Assembly: GCF_033153115.1 (NCBI RefSeq)
Contig: NW_026889751.1
Coordinates: 17,918,001-17,982,000 of the forward strand
DNA length: 64,000 nucleotides
Reading direction: 5' to 3'
Origin: Saccostrea echinata
Lineage: Eukaryota
This document shows, one piece after another, positions 25,736-39,612 of this stretch. Below the pieces are notes generated by a model that was not told where the DNA came from, ran no database searches, and saw nothing but the letters and a program-made list of their open reading frames with translations. Numbering within the stretch: the stretch's first letter is position 1; the number at the start of each line of letters is the position of its first letter. A program made the position numbers and the translations under genes.

Positions 25736-28700
25736 ATGCGCCTTACGTACCGATATATAGTAGCGTGTGTTGCGGTCATACTGTTGGTGTGTACGTACCA
25801 GGTTTACATTTTGTCTCGTGATGGTTCCTTCCTCAATCGACTACCGAAGACTAGAAAAAGAACGGATATTGTGTCGGTTGCGAGATCTGGTTCGATTCTC
25901 GGCAATAACACCAGAAATGACCGAAACAAGGTTTCAAAGGGTGTAATTGTGACCATAACAGCAGAGGAATATAGACAAAATCCAAATCTCAAAACAGGAA
26001 ATCCACTTATTGACGATTATGGGGAAAATGATCTCACGAAAACTGGTGAAATGGGGAGGGGGGTCACGTTTGTGGGGAAGGAGAAGGCCGCGGCAGCGAA
26101 GAGAATGCAGCTCTACAACATCAATGTTATGGCCAGTGACCTCATCCCCCTGAACAGACTGGTACCAGACTCAAGGCCGTCAGAGTTAGTACATTGTCTG
26201 TTTCAATCTACCTTAATCTTGACTGAGTTAATGTTCATCATGAGTAATGAGCCCTGCAAGTTATGATTTATTTTCTTTTCTTTACTTAGAGGGCGAAGAT
26301 CAAGAAAACATTTTAGTATCATATTATTATTACTTACCCCCCCCCCCCCCCCCCCCGTCTTAAAAAAGAACGTTTTTGAACACTAACAAGATTTAAGGTT
26401 TGTTTAGTGTAGAGGTTATATCATTTACAATATTTATATGATTGCATGCTTTATAATGCTTTGTATTGAGGGGCTCCTTATTACGACAACGCGGATTTAA
26501 ATAAACGTACTTGTATTTCCTTTTCTTTTTAAATGGATATAGTAAACGATGATTTAATCATCCTGGGGATATGAAATTCAATATCGGCAGGTTATGTATA
26601 CAGGGAATGTTGATTTCAAAACTTTATTTTTCCCGAGGATATTATTTTCAATTATAAATATTACACAGTCGATAAATGAATTGAAATGCTACAAGTCAAT
26701 GGAGTCTTATCATCAAACCATTTCGTTCCCTCTGGTCAAAGTTAATGATTTTAATCGGTTTCTGCTCTACAGTTTTAACATCAGCTGTTTAAAGAGCCTT
26801 ATCACCGCAATATGACCATCGGATATAGAATGCATATATTATATAACTATACGTGTAGAGATAGGAATGCATGTATGTGTGTATATAAATGAATACAAAA
26901 TATACATTTTCATTCTTTCGGCGTTAAAAAGAGGTCTAATTCCATGGTATTTTATGCAGTTAGAGTGATCTGTCTTAAGATGTAAAAGTTAAATCTACAG
27001 TGTAGTACTCATTTTTTAATCATTTCATGTATTCTTATTTGCATGTATTTTCCCCATTTAGGTAAGCAACTGTATTTTTCTCAATACTTCGTTGTAAATG
27101 GTTGGTTCCCTATGTTGGAAATGAAATGAAATAGATAAACTTATTAATATTTACACTTTTATACCCATTATATCTTTCTCAGTTTCCATAAAATATGTTT
27201 CATTAATGTATACACTGAGCAAAACTCGACTGTTTACAAAAATTTATTTCCGTTACAATAACACATTAGGTATAAGATATTTTCTCAATATTTTGTTCTC
27301 TCAGAATTGTACACAACGTCAAACACAGTAACTAGTATAAAGTCTAGTCGCCTCTTTCGTAAATTACTGCTCTGCAGTGACTTCTCGTGGATACAATATA
27401 TCTTTGTATAGTTTGTTGTTCAATTTGTTGCCAAACAATGAAGATCTCTTTCCAATTCCTGGATAGCGTGCTGTGTATGTACGGATTGTCCTAATATTTC
27501 TTTTCAGCATATCCCAGATGTGCTCAGTTGGGTATTGTATCAGGAAACTGAATCACGCAAAAGTTGTTACATGTACATGTACGTATTTGCTGAAAGTTGT
27601 TGGGTTGACCGTGCTGTGTGGCAAGGGCCATTAATTGTCCTATGCCAAAATCATGCCTCTACTGGCAGCCCATATGCTAAATAAGCATTGGACGTAGAAC
27701 ATCATCCTGATATTTTCGGGCCTTAAGTCCTCCAACCTGTCTATAAGTGTGCATGGACACATCCGCCCAGAATATAACAGATTCTCCACCACCAAACCGG
27801 GCTATCTCTTCCACTGTGTCTTTCACCACATTTCCAATTTATTGAGGTTAATTTTAGTTTCTTCCACAAAAATGACGCTTGCCCAGTCAGCCCTTGTAAG
27901 TTGCAAATGTCGTCGTGCCCTTTGCTAATCTTTCAGCCCTGTGTCTCTGTTTTAGAACTGGTGGGTCGTCTTGCTCTGAGATTAACGTCCTGAAACGGTT
28001 CCTGATTGAGCTGAAACTAGACGAACGTAAATACTGATGTTATGTGATCTCATATACCCATAACACCTTTTCTGTTTTTGAATTGCAATTATAAATAATT
28101 ACATTATATGCGTCTTGAGATACTGTGTCTGAGTATCGAAGAGGTCCCAAGACCATAAACTGAGAACAGACTTAAGTCAAAATTTCAAACCAATATAACT
28201 TTTGAAATAATTTTGAAAATGAAACAAAATTTTCATCATATATTCGAATTTAGATATTATATAAAATTGCAAATTTTTATGCAAATACATTAAATAAAAC
28301 TCAAGATATTAAAAATAAAAATTTTGATTTAAGTCTATTCTCAGTTTATGGTCTTGGCTCCTGGGAACATATTGAGGGGGCATCCTAAATTACCATTTAT
28401 AGCTTTCCATTATAGAGTATGTATTCACAGTATTGGTAAAATTAAAGGGGTCTATCACCCCTAACCTCCACCCAAGTTCTTACCGGCCTATGAATATGAG
28501 CAATGCATGCTGAGATATTTTTTTTTAGTTTGGTATTGAGCAGTGTATTTCCCTCACTGAAATCAATTTGCATGATAAAATTATCGTTTAATAGGAAACT
28601 AAATTTCTATATCACAGCAACATGATATTTTTCTCTGTCTTATTTTAGATGCAAGAGTCGGACTTACGAACATGATCTCCCTACCACCAGTATCATAATT

Positions 28701-31700
28701 CCGTATTTTGACGAATGGCCCTCCGTCCTTCTCCGATCTCTATACAGCATTGTCAATCGAACACCCCGACACTTGCTACAGGAAGTCATCCTCATTGACG
28801 ATGCCAGCACAATGCGTCAGTAAATAATGTTGATTTTTCTAAAATTGATTTTTAAAACATATTTTTGCATACTTTCTAATTTTTTTATTTTAACATTTGA
28901 TGCGGATAATTCAACAAAAACTTCAGAAGTTTTGTAAAATTTATTTATTTCTTTGATCTTGAAAAGTGCACAATTTTAAGTATGAATTATACTCAATTGT
29001 GTTTCATTTTCTGTTAGATTCAGGCTTATACGCATTTGGCTTACTTTTGAAATTCGCAATTTAACAGATATAGAGTAGCAATCTGATTACTGAGTATAGT
29101 ATCAGTTCATTTGGATCCGTTCACGTAGACCTACGTGAGCGGATCAAAGGATCTAGTGTAAAATAAAAATCACTATGCATACAAACTCAAATATATATAT
29201 TATGTTAACTCACTGTTTATATATATATTTTTATATTTTGTTATAGCTGAATTAAAAGAATCTTTAGAGGATTACATAGACAAACACTTTCCTAAAGGTC
29301 TCATCCGGGTTCTACGCAATACTGAACGTAAGGGTTTAATAGCAGCCCGTCTCCAGGGATGGAGGGTTTCCAAGGGTCAAGTCGTATCCTTCTTCGACAG
29401 CCACATGGAGGTCAATGAGAATTGGTTAGTACATGTATTAACATAAATGGTTTAACATGTGTCTCTTCTTCAGAAATTGTTTAAATCTTTTTTAGCTCTG
29501 GCAATCAAAATATTACTTGGGGAGTACAACGGTGTTTTTTCAGTGCAGAGTTGTATTTTTAAGCATAGAAGCTCGGAGATTAGGAAAAATATTGATTCTA
29601 GTCACTCTCAGTATCTTCCTTTGTATGTACAACTTAAATCTTGATCATAATCTTTTGGAGTTAACAAATTGCCTTTTATTGGAGACTTCGTACTTGGCAC
29701 AGAGGTAGCTTAATGATCAGAGAGTGGTTTAAACCATGTCAAGGTCATTTGGACAAGGTCAATACATGCATCACTCGGTTATAGAATTCTTTTCCTGGTA
29801 TATCATGCAATTTCACATCAAGTTGACTCGGATCAAATTCTGTTTGAACAAGGACATGGCCACAGGGATTTCAAGTATAACGTACATTATTCTCTGGTTC
29901 ATAATCCCACCGTGGATGCAGAAGGATGGGACGCGACCCCTGAAATATATGAGCTGCTTAGCACAATGTTTTCGTTTCATTTGCAGATGTTACAAATGTA
30001 TTTAAAGATAACACCGTCAACCTTACAGCTTATTTTTAGGGGAGTTAACGAAATGACTTTTTTATGAACGCGGTATTTTTCTAGTGAATCTTGCTGCAGA
30101 AATATCTCCATTGAGAAGAAATTCGTTCTGACTTGGGTGCGTTTTAAAGTACATGTATATCAACACCCAGCAGAACAAATATTGCGTGTACATTAATCTG
30201 TCTGATTTCCCTTGACGTAAATGTACATGTATGTCGAAGACTTCTGGTCTGAATGAGAAAAGATGACGAATCTGAGTGCATTGAAGTGTCAAATAATTGT
30301 TGAAGTATGAAATGACACATTTTAAATTTCTGAACAGTATAGACCAACACTAAATAATTGAGCATTATACATGTACTTTTAATTTTTTTTTCTGTAAATG
30401 ATGACGTTTGTGTCATCTTCTGACTTAGCTCTTGCTAATTTTGGTATTTACGCCCATTCATTAAATTCAAAGATTAAAACATAATACATTTGCACCGGAT
30501 TTTAGTTCTACAGTTAAAGTTATAACTACGCTTTTATGTTATCTCGATGAAATGTGATCATGAAGAATAATGATATAAAGGAAATACGTGTACCTAGTAC
30601 TCCGATGGTAAAAAAAAATCCTATTAAACTTTCGAAATTAGGCAGGCGTCCTATCATTTAAAGGTTTAAAGTTGTACCCAAATAAGAGTATTTTGATGGC
30701 AAAAATCATAGTATTGTGAAAGGAAAGTACTATACTCTTTACTTTTTTTGAAAGTAGAAATGCATTTTAACAATTAATTTTAACGTTGCTTCTAACCCGC
30801 TAATTTATATGTTTTGCAGAAGCTTGCCTCGAAATGCTTTAATTTTTGGTCAATCAGTGAAAATCAGCGCTAAATTTTAAGTGTACACGTTGAACGTTGA
30901 CGGTAGATTTAGCTGTCAGTGCCACATGTACATGAGTCGTGGTTCATGAATATGTGTGATACGTAATAGTGTGTAAAACGTAGTCTTATTTAGAGTATTA
31001 CGTATATTTATTCATACAAGACCTAACTTGTGGTCCGTGCGGGGAATGAACCAAAAGTATGACTTGTGTACAAATTTTTGGTATCATGACGTCAATGATC
31101 CCAATTGCACTTCAACGACTTAGCAGCGCAGCTCATACCAATTTCTGCGATATAAATCGTTTGTGATCTGACCGTTGAATAACTGGGCTCAACTCTTTCC
31201 ACAAAAAGAATAAAACTGTTTTGTCACAAAAAAGCGGTTTTTAGTACTTTGAATGTTTCGTGTGTCGTCTCTTCATGGTTTTGCAAACTGAAAATAAATC
31301 TGTAATTTATAGCTGATATTTAGATAGTATACTTCTAAGATTTGGAAATGACTTGCTGATTGAATACTTTTGTTCTAATCAAATTACATCACACTGGTTA
31401 AAGGATAACTACACTTAACGCTGGGTTTTGGTTTTTTTCCGTCTCTTCTGTTGCTTATATATCTTAACCTTATTTCACTTTTGTATATTTACTATGGAAT
31501 TCTATCAATTTGGCAGCAAATTTAAATGTTAAAATGATTTTAGACTGTGATAGAATAAGATAATTCTATGTTTTTTTGGTCCCTACTCCTTTCCAAGTAT
31601 AGAAATTTTAAACTTACCTGCCCTTGATTCAACATTAGGTATGCATGAGAGGTGGAGCTAACATTGTAGAATGACTCTAAAATTGGACTACGTAAATAAC

Positions 31701-33293
31701 AATGACATGTATTAAATTACGTGATCACTCATCCCCATCTCTCCCTTTATACTGTATGGTACAAGTGCACTACTTATTTACAAAGGTTTCAAAACGAAAT
31801 TAACGATATGAGCACATACATGTAAGTAAAGAATATTTTGAATCGACGCCCTACAATTCAACATGTTCGAGAAGAGTGTCCTAGTTAGCACAAAAACATG
31901 GTATCTTACAAGTCACGTGACGGAGTTTAGTATTCACAGAGTTACCTAAGGTAGGACATCACGTGGTGAATTATAATATTCAACATGTCACAGCCCTTGG
32001 TTACAACAGAGAGAGCGAATGTAAGAAGAAGCAGTTTTTTCTCTTTTAAACCATGAGCGCATGTTTGTCTATTAATCTCTTTTTGACACAACATTATTAA
32101 TGCAAATATACAACTACTGTTAAACGGAGAACAATAGACAAACATGCGCTGACTATGTACAAAGTCAGTGAAAAAGTGGGCGTCCTCATTATCGTACGGA
32201 GATTCAAGATATTGTGATGACCCCCACCTATGAAAACTGCTTCGTACTTCGTAAGTACATACTTTTGTTTAATGTAATTACGTGAAGTTGTAGATTACAT
32301 GTTGACCATTCCTGCAATTAAAAGAAAAATGCTTGTTTTGAAAGTTTATTTTGTCGCAATTTTCGCATGTCCTTTAGTGCAGTCATCCTTTTATAGATAA
32401 GATTAAATCAGCACTTAAACTTAATAATGAAACATATGTGTTGATGTTAAATGATATATCAAAGAGAATCTACATGTAGTCATGCATATCATGGTTGAGT
32501 TATGATTCCTTTTTTTATTACCGTGGGCATTTGACTTGGCTTTTCTCCCAGGTTCTTTAACATGATTGTATTCAATGCATTAGCATGGGCCTTTTGTTTG
32601 GTCAGTGTCTCGGTACTGTTAAACAAGCTTCGAAAACAAACGGTTCAATTCCTCTCCTCGCCATTTTCTCCAGAGCAAAGGGGTAGATTAGGAACCTATG
32701 ATAAACAATGATGCTGTTCGGTGTTGGAATGATTTTTTTTTTTAGTTTTTGAAGTTGAATCACCGGAAACATGATTAACAAAACAGAAAATATCCGAAAA
32801 CATTCAATTTCTAACTTCTGTATTAATTATAAAGTTTTTGGTTAATTCATATAAACTGTAAATTTGTAAATAAACTGTAAATATTTTTTTTTACTTTTGG
32901 TAACAGGTTACAGCCCCTCCTTACAGAGATTAAAAAGGACCGTAAAACGGTTGCCATGGGAGTACTGGATTACGTAAATGCTGAAACGCTAGAGTACCGT
33001 TTCAATGATGGTTATATGACGCGGTACGGCTTTGACTGGCGAATGGTTTTCTTCGAAACTTTCTTTAGACAGGACCAGGTTGGAAAAACAGAGGCTGATA
33101 CAAGACCGTAAGTTAAGACTTGAGTCTTATGAAAACTAGTATGTATTTTTTAAAGCTTACCTGAGCCGAAGGCTTAAGTGAGCTTTCCTGATCGAAGAGT
33201 GTCTGGCGCCCTTCATGTGTGTGTCGTTCGTAAACTTTTTCACATTTACGACTTCTTCTCCAGAAGCACTGGGCCAATTTCAACCAAATTTGC

Positions 33294-33324
<31 letters not shown>

Positions 33325-36300
33325 GTTTGTTCGCAGGAAGTGCCATAACTTCTTTCAAAGGGAGAAAATTAAGAATTTGTGAAAAATTGTTGGCATTTTT
33401 AAAATTTTCGCTCGTTTTTTAATAACGTCACAATGCACATAAGGTTGGTTTTCGTTTGACAGTCATCAATTTATATGGAATCATCCTCATAAAGTGTAGA
33501 TTGAAATTTGTTCAAGTCATGACCCAAGGGTGTAGGGTGGGGCAGAAATTGGGGTTCAAAGTTTAACCTAGGAATATATAGGAAAGTGTTTAAAAATCTT
33601 TTCCCCAGGAACAGCAAAACCATGATTAGTCATTTTAGACAGAAGCATCTGGAGGTAGAGTAGATTCAAGTTTGTTCAAATCCTGACCGACCCCCCCCCC
33701 CCCCCCCCCCCCCCGGGAGTAAGGTGGGGCCACAATGTGCAATAAAAGTTATACATAGGAATACATGGGAAAAATCTTTAAAAGTTTTCTTCTTAACAAC
33801 AGCAAATTCATAATTGGTCATATTTATATGGAAGCAATCTCGAGCTCAGGTTTGTAGATTGAATTTTGTTCAAATCATGACCCCTTTGGGTAGGATGGGG
33901 CCAGAAAAAGTGATCAAAGTTATACATGAGAATGTGAAAAAAAAATATTTTACTGATGAAGAACAGAAAGACCATAGTTACTCAGGTGAGCTTTGTGACC
34001 CACGAGTCTCATGTTTATGTTTTTTGTTGTTTTTTTTGGGGGGGGGGGAGGGGGGGTTTAATGTATATTTTCATTGTAAATTTATTCATTAATTTTTTAT
34101 TTGCATAAATTAATTTTTTAGCGGTACCGTGATGGTTGGAGCAGCGTATGCCATTGACAGTAAATATTTTGGGGAGATTGGATCTTATGACGAGGGAATG
34201 AAAGTATGGGGAGGGGAAAATCTGGAGATGTCATGGAGGGTAATTTTTTTTTCCTTGATATAAATTAATTTTGCAGTTTTCATGGTCATCAGTTCCTTAA
34301 ATGGTTATCCCTATCTTTCCACTTCTCTTTGCAAGAGTTACGTGTATATGGTCGCCCGCGTGGCGCAGTGGTTGCCCTAGAGTCGCGGTGTAAGGAGTTG
34401 AACCTTACGTCGCGGGTTCGAATCCACTGCGGGACGTGGAGACTGGCCCTTCAGAGGAGACCGTATAAACCCAGGTCTCGTGTCGCAGTAGGTGCTGGCA
34501 CGAAAAAGATCCCTCACTGCTCAATGGCCCTAAGTGCCGAGTATAGCTGAAAATTTGCAGCCCTCTACCGGCAAGTTGTGGCGTCTTCATATGACAACAA
34601 ACAAAACAATAGATCACTCAACGCTGGTTTAGATTACACTCAGAAAAATGATTATTTTGTAAGGGAACAAAGTACCCCTATGTAACAGGCATTGGCAAAT
34701 CAGTATTTTATATCGACCCACTGTAAATAGCTTTCAGATACACAAAAGAAAACATTGATCTTGATTCAGCATGTTTAATGCAGCATTTTAACCGAAAAAC
34801 AAAAGGCACAGGAGAAGTCGTTATAAACAGTGGGATTTCAAGGACAAACAGTATCGACTTTTGCGATCAGCATTAATATTTACTGTCATTGTCTCTTCAA
34901 AACACGATCAGCCAAACTGGCATTCAAATCCGGATGCATAAATAATAATGATTATGATGAGGAATTGATAGCATCGGTAAGGCACCGGTCCGCCATTCTC
35001 TTACTTAAATACATTCGAATCCAGTAAGTAAGGGGAAAAGATGATTATACTTAGTAAATATTAAATCCAACAGATGTCTCTCCTTAACCATATAAAATAG
35101 CATGCTCCTTAAACTAAGGTATATTTTGTCTAATAATATTTTTTTACAGTTTATCGGAAAACATCAAATTTTTGTATACTTATTGGAAACGCATATTTGC
35201 GTGTTTCATTGGTTTTGTGCGAATAGCGCGCCCACAACAAAAGAACTACATGCGATAAGAGCAAATAATTGCCCCCATTAAAATTTTTAACATTCCTAAA
35301 AATATACACAATTGTATATGTTGTATGAACAATCTTAATTGACAAAAATTATTATTGTATGGAAGTAGATTATCGGCAATTCTTGTTTCAGTAACGTCAC
35401 AAACTACATGTATTTGGATTTTCTCTTATTTTTACGAAAGAGGACAAAATGAACGAAATTTGGTCAATGTTGGGTATAGAATTTATTAAGTGCAAGCTTG
35501 CCTCAAAACATTCATATATTTCATTGAAATTATAATTCTAGATCTACACAATATATCAAAAGATCTAGCTGGGGCAGACCTACGCTCCATGACTTTTCAT
35601 CAAAGTATCGACGTAAAATACACGTTTTCCTCTCAAAATCATTGAAATTCTGAACTTGCGTCATCTTTTTGACGTCATATTTAACATATTGCGTCATAGC
35701 TGATGAAGATAAGAAGTCTGCCGATACCCCCTAGGTAAAGAACATAATTATATATTTCTACATCAAAGTTTAATTTTGGGGGCAGATATTGGTCATCATA
35801 GAATATAGTCCTTTGTCCGCGAACTTTTTTAACAATCTTCGTGCATGTACAATGTATTATAATAGTTGACAAGATTTCATCATTAATAATCACTAATCAG
35901 TGCAATCTGGAACTTAGTACTTTTAGGTTACCCCTTAGCTTGACCAAGCAAATTTTAAAAAATAAATTTATATATATTTATATTTTTGTTACTTTAAATA
36001 TTATTGTTGATATTATTAACATTAAGTACATACTAGTATTACTTTTACAGGTGTGGATGTGTGGGGGTAGGCTCGTACATCTACCTTGTTCTCACCTGGG
36101 ACACATCCCCCGGTCCCAGCCCTACTCTTTCCCCGGAGGAAGGAGAAGCATTGAGGTGTATAACTACAAGAGGGCGGTAGAAGTGTGGGTTGATCCGGAG
36201 TATAGAGGGTTTATCTATGACCACTTCGACGAAATGAAGGTAAATCATGATAAGAAAAAAATAATAATAGCCTCAGAGCATCTAAACCTAGAATAGTAAG

Positions 36301-39190
36301 CATCCACGTGGTAAAATTCTTTTATGTGAATTCAATGCGGTGATGTGTTTAGTCGTGCGTAGCTTACTGAATCTGATAAAAGCCACTTCTTTGATTTCAC
36401 CCTCGAGTTACTCACGAATTCTACAAACAAAATTTAATTTTGCCAGATCTGGAGTTTACAAGTTTCGCTTCTTTCACTGTACATTTTTTCGATCATTGTT
36501 TTTCTTTTATCTTCAAAGTTGTTTGTTCTATCGCGAAATCGACGACATTGAAATCACAGTAAAAATGCAACTTTTAATATACACTTTATGATTTAGAAAA
36601 TAAATCATTTCAAAGGAATTACCGATACCATAATCATTTTATAGGTAGATATGTATAATTCTGTATAATAATCGAGCTAAAAAGTATACATTCATGCAAA
36701 CATTCAAGCCGTAATAAAAAAAGAACAATCACTATTGATGTGAAATTGTTTTTGATAAATGTCTCTATTAAATGTAGATTTTTATGTGACGAATGGTGGA
36801 AAGTTTCACTGCTTATATGGATTTTACAGTCAATAAAACATCATTGTTCTGAAATCTTTTGTTTAATCACCTTCCATGTGTAATTTAAAAAAAAAGCATC
36901 ACATTTGCAAGTGATTGATAACAACCTATATTCGATTATTTTAAACCAAAGAAATGACAATGATCGATAATATTTCTAAAGTCTGCATGTATATGAAACA
37001 TTGTTTCTTATTTGAGGCATTCATATATTGATTAAGACACATATCACTATTATCTACACAGTATCTACACATTACCTTGTATCTACAGACTTATTGTATA
37101 CAACGTTGAACATTCGATGTTCAAAATTCATTGTACCGCAGGGAGGGCTAAGACCAATTTACATTGCATGTACAGAGTGAAAGCTGTCCTTAAGTGGTTT
37201 TACAAAAACTGCTTAAATGCAGTTGTAATTAAATAACTCGGACGCTTTATTTTCAATTTCTTCTTATCACTACAGTAACTCCCACCATAACATCCAATTT
37301 TTTTTTACCTAATTAAGGAATAGGGATTTATTCGTTATGATAAGAAAAAAGTACAAGATGTGCATGCAGTGTGATGCAGAAGTTATTATTATCATGTATT
37401 TTCGTAAACAAAGGATCTCCAAGTTCGCATGGGAAACCCTTGGTTTGCAAAATGCTCATGTTCTTTTGCAAATTCAACCCTTAACTGATAATTTAAGCTT
37501 TTAATAAAATCCCAAATTCAATAAATTAAGAAAAGAAGAAATTGCGTTTATTCTGTGTATTCCCAATTTTTGGAAGAACGCTTTCCATAAAAAATAACGC
37601 AAAGAAATTTTTTTAATGCTGAACGAGATGGGTAATGATTGGATAAAGCAAGAGCGGTAACTCTTTTTCAGACTCTACACGCTGGGGACTTGAGTCCCAG
37701 AATTCAATTGAAAAAGGATCTCCAGTGTAAAAATTTCACTTGGTTTATCGACAATGTGTGGCCGGAGCTTTTCATCTTCAATAGGAATGTCCAAGCCTGG
37801 GGATCGGTAAACCATCGTTGTTTTGTTAGATCTATTGTTTCAAGGGAAAAAAAGAATTTGGTAGCTTTGAAGTGCAGACTTGTAGCAGAATTCAAGCGAA
37901 ATCAAGCATTGAAATAATTTCCAAATTAATCTACTTCTTTTGTTTGATTACAGTTGCGCAATGTGAACGACAATAAATGCTTCGACAATCATCAGTATTT
38001 GTTCCAAGCTCCTGAGCGTCTTTTCTTTGAACCGTGCCATTTTAAACTTGCTACGCAGGTTAGCACAATTCAGAAAACTATTCTGTAAATGATTAACTTT
38101 CTAATAAAAACTCTCAAGCTTAATGTTTTTAAGAAGGATAAAATTGACAATTGCCATTTCTATGTAAACTCGAATTAAAAAAAAAACATGTAAACCCCAC
38201 AAAACGTTTGTTTGCTTAAGTTTTTCCCTGTTGTTTCTTTTCACAAACTGAAATTTTGTCATAACTAGGTTTTCAATTAAATTTAAAAGGGGTTTTCTCT
38301 GACGAATGATAATTTATTGAGGACTTCCTTACAATGCGTGGTGCTAAAAGAAAATCAAGAAGGCGCTCGTCCGATGTTAGAGGACTGCATTATAGGTCCC
38401 AGGGATAAGTGGACCCACGTTAAGGTAAGAGTGGGAAGGACCGAATGTCTATGAACATATTTCATGGGTACAAATGAACCCACACTAATGAGAGATGAGG
38501 ATGTAAAGAGAGAAGGACTAAAGTAAGATAACTGTGTTATAGTCAGAGGTACAAATGAACCTATCCTAAGGAAAGAGATGAGGCTGTCTTGTTCTCTTGG
38601 CTGGGGGGAGGGGGGGGGGTGAGGATCATAGGACAAATGTCAAGGTAAGAAGATTGTTCCATGAAGCCAGAGTACAGTGAAACTAACACTAGGGCAAAAT
38701 TAATTTGTATCATTAGACTGAGAGATAAGAGGAACCATTTGAGACTACTGTTTTATGACAGGGATAGGACACAAATGGACCCAAGTCAAAGTAACATAAG
38801 ACCTACTTGTACATGTAGATGTGTTTCATATATGACAGAATCAGATGGGAATACAAGGGGACATATATCAAATTATATAATGAATGTTTGATAACAGACA
38901 ACATACATGTACATAATTATTAAGCTTTTTTTTTATCTTAGTCAAATTAATTTCATTATTTTTATAAAAAGGTTAAAAAAAATTAGCAATATATATTTCT
39001 TCAAATAGTTCATTTGCATGAAAGTAGACATCAGACTTCATGATTTGTTTTTTGTATATTTTTACAGAACAGTTATATAAGACATGAAAAGACCGGTCTG
39101 TGTTTGGATGTGGATCCAGCAGGCATCGTAGCGAAAAAATGCGCGCCAGGGGTAAAAACACAACAATGGCAGTTCAATTACTATGTTTGA
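25736..39190 (+). CDS. GALNT: Polypeptide N-acetylgalactosaminyltransferase (GT27) with C-terminal ricin-B lectin domain, paralog B; complete, 10 coding exons, 599 aa
   Basis: Exons: 25736-26184, 28649-28815, 29247-29424, 32907-33107, 34122-34239, 36051-36239, 37672-37806, 37954-38058, 38290-38424, 39068-39190 (1800 nt, all GT-AG, in frame, TGA stop). Features: TM anchor, [48 protein letters not shown], lectin repeats ending GLCLDV...QQWQF. Probable acceptor of the first coding exon at 25467/25468. Confidence 0.96.
27430..28030 (-). mobile_element. Decayed Tc1-like transposase
   Basis: Broken reverse frames give [42 protein letters not shown] and NPTEHIWD-like segments. A possible TA|CACTG end lies near 27213. 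Confidence 0.65.
28147..28357. mobile_element. MITE with ~40-bp TIRs
   Basis: CCAAGACCATAAACTGAGAACAGACTTAAGTCAAAATTT / AAATTTTGATTTAAGTCTATTCTCAGTTTATGGTCTTGG. Confidence 0.8.
33150..34015 (+). mobile_element. Helentron-type non-autonomous element (HINE-like) with degenerate ~165-bp satellite-like units
   Basis: 5' T-run then AGCTTACCTGAGCCGAAGGCTTAAGTGAGCT; subterminal inverted CTCAGGTGAGCT and a 3' hairpin near 33980-34015; recurring ATTCAAGTTTGTTC..ATGACCC..GGGTGGGGC units. Resembles oyster HINE/Cg170-type repeats (from memory, not searched). Confidence 0.75.
34351..34612 (+). mobile_element. tRNA-derived SINE with Deu/Nin-like central domain
   Basis: A box TGGCGCAGTGG, B box GGTTCGAATCC, body GGCACGAAAAAGATCCCTCACTGCTCAATGGCCC shared with the 42586 SINE, (AAAC)-type tail. 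Confidence 0.85.
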
Positions 39191-39400
39191 CAAAAACATG
39201 GATTTTAGTTCATTTATAAAATTTCAATGTATATATCATTCAACGTTCCATTGTTAATTGTTAAAAGTTTTGAAATATTATCTCGCAAGGATAAACAGGC
39301 TCTGTGGACGTAAATGATGCATAAATTACATGTATGTCTTATTTGCAATGAATGTGGCCCAAATGAAGGTTACATGTTATCAAACCTTGTTGACACTCGA

Positions 39401-39612
39401 ATGTGATTGAATGATGACAAAAGTGTGATTGGATGATGACAAAATGCACCTGTAATTACAAAGATGTGATTGGATGATGACAAAATGTAATAACAAAGAC
39501 GTGATTGGTTAATTACAAAGAAGTGATTGGTTGAGATTATTATGATGTGATTGGTTGATTATAAAGATGTGATTGGTTGATTATATTATAAAGATGTGAT
39601 TGGTTGATGACA
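39401..39612. repeat. Degenerate minisatellite of GATGTGATTGG(T/A)TGAT cores (~8 copies) downstream of the GALNT-B stop
   Basis: Repeated GTGATTGG cores spaced about 22-40 bp apart. Confidence 0.85.

Noticed and set aside
35028-35940. Possible further TIR element in GALNT-B intron 5 (similar TGACGTCA-rich tracts at ~2850-3400 and ~55540-55960)
   Set aside because: Termini and TSDs could not be defined with confidence.
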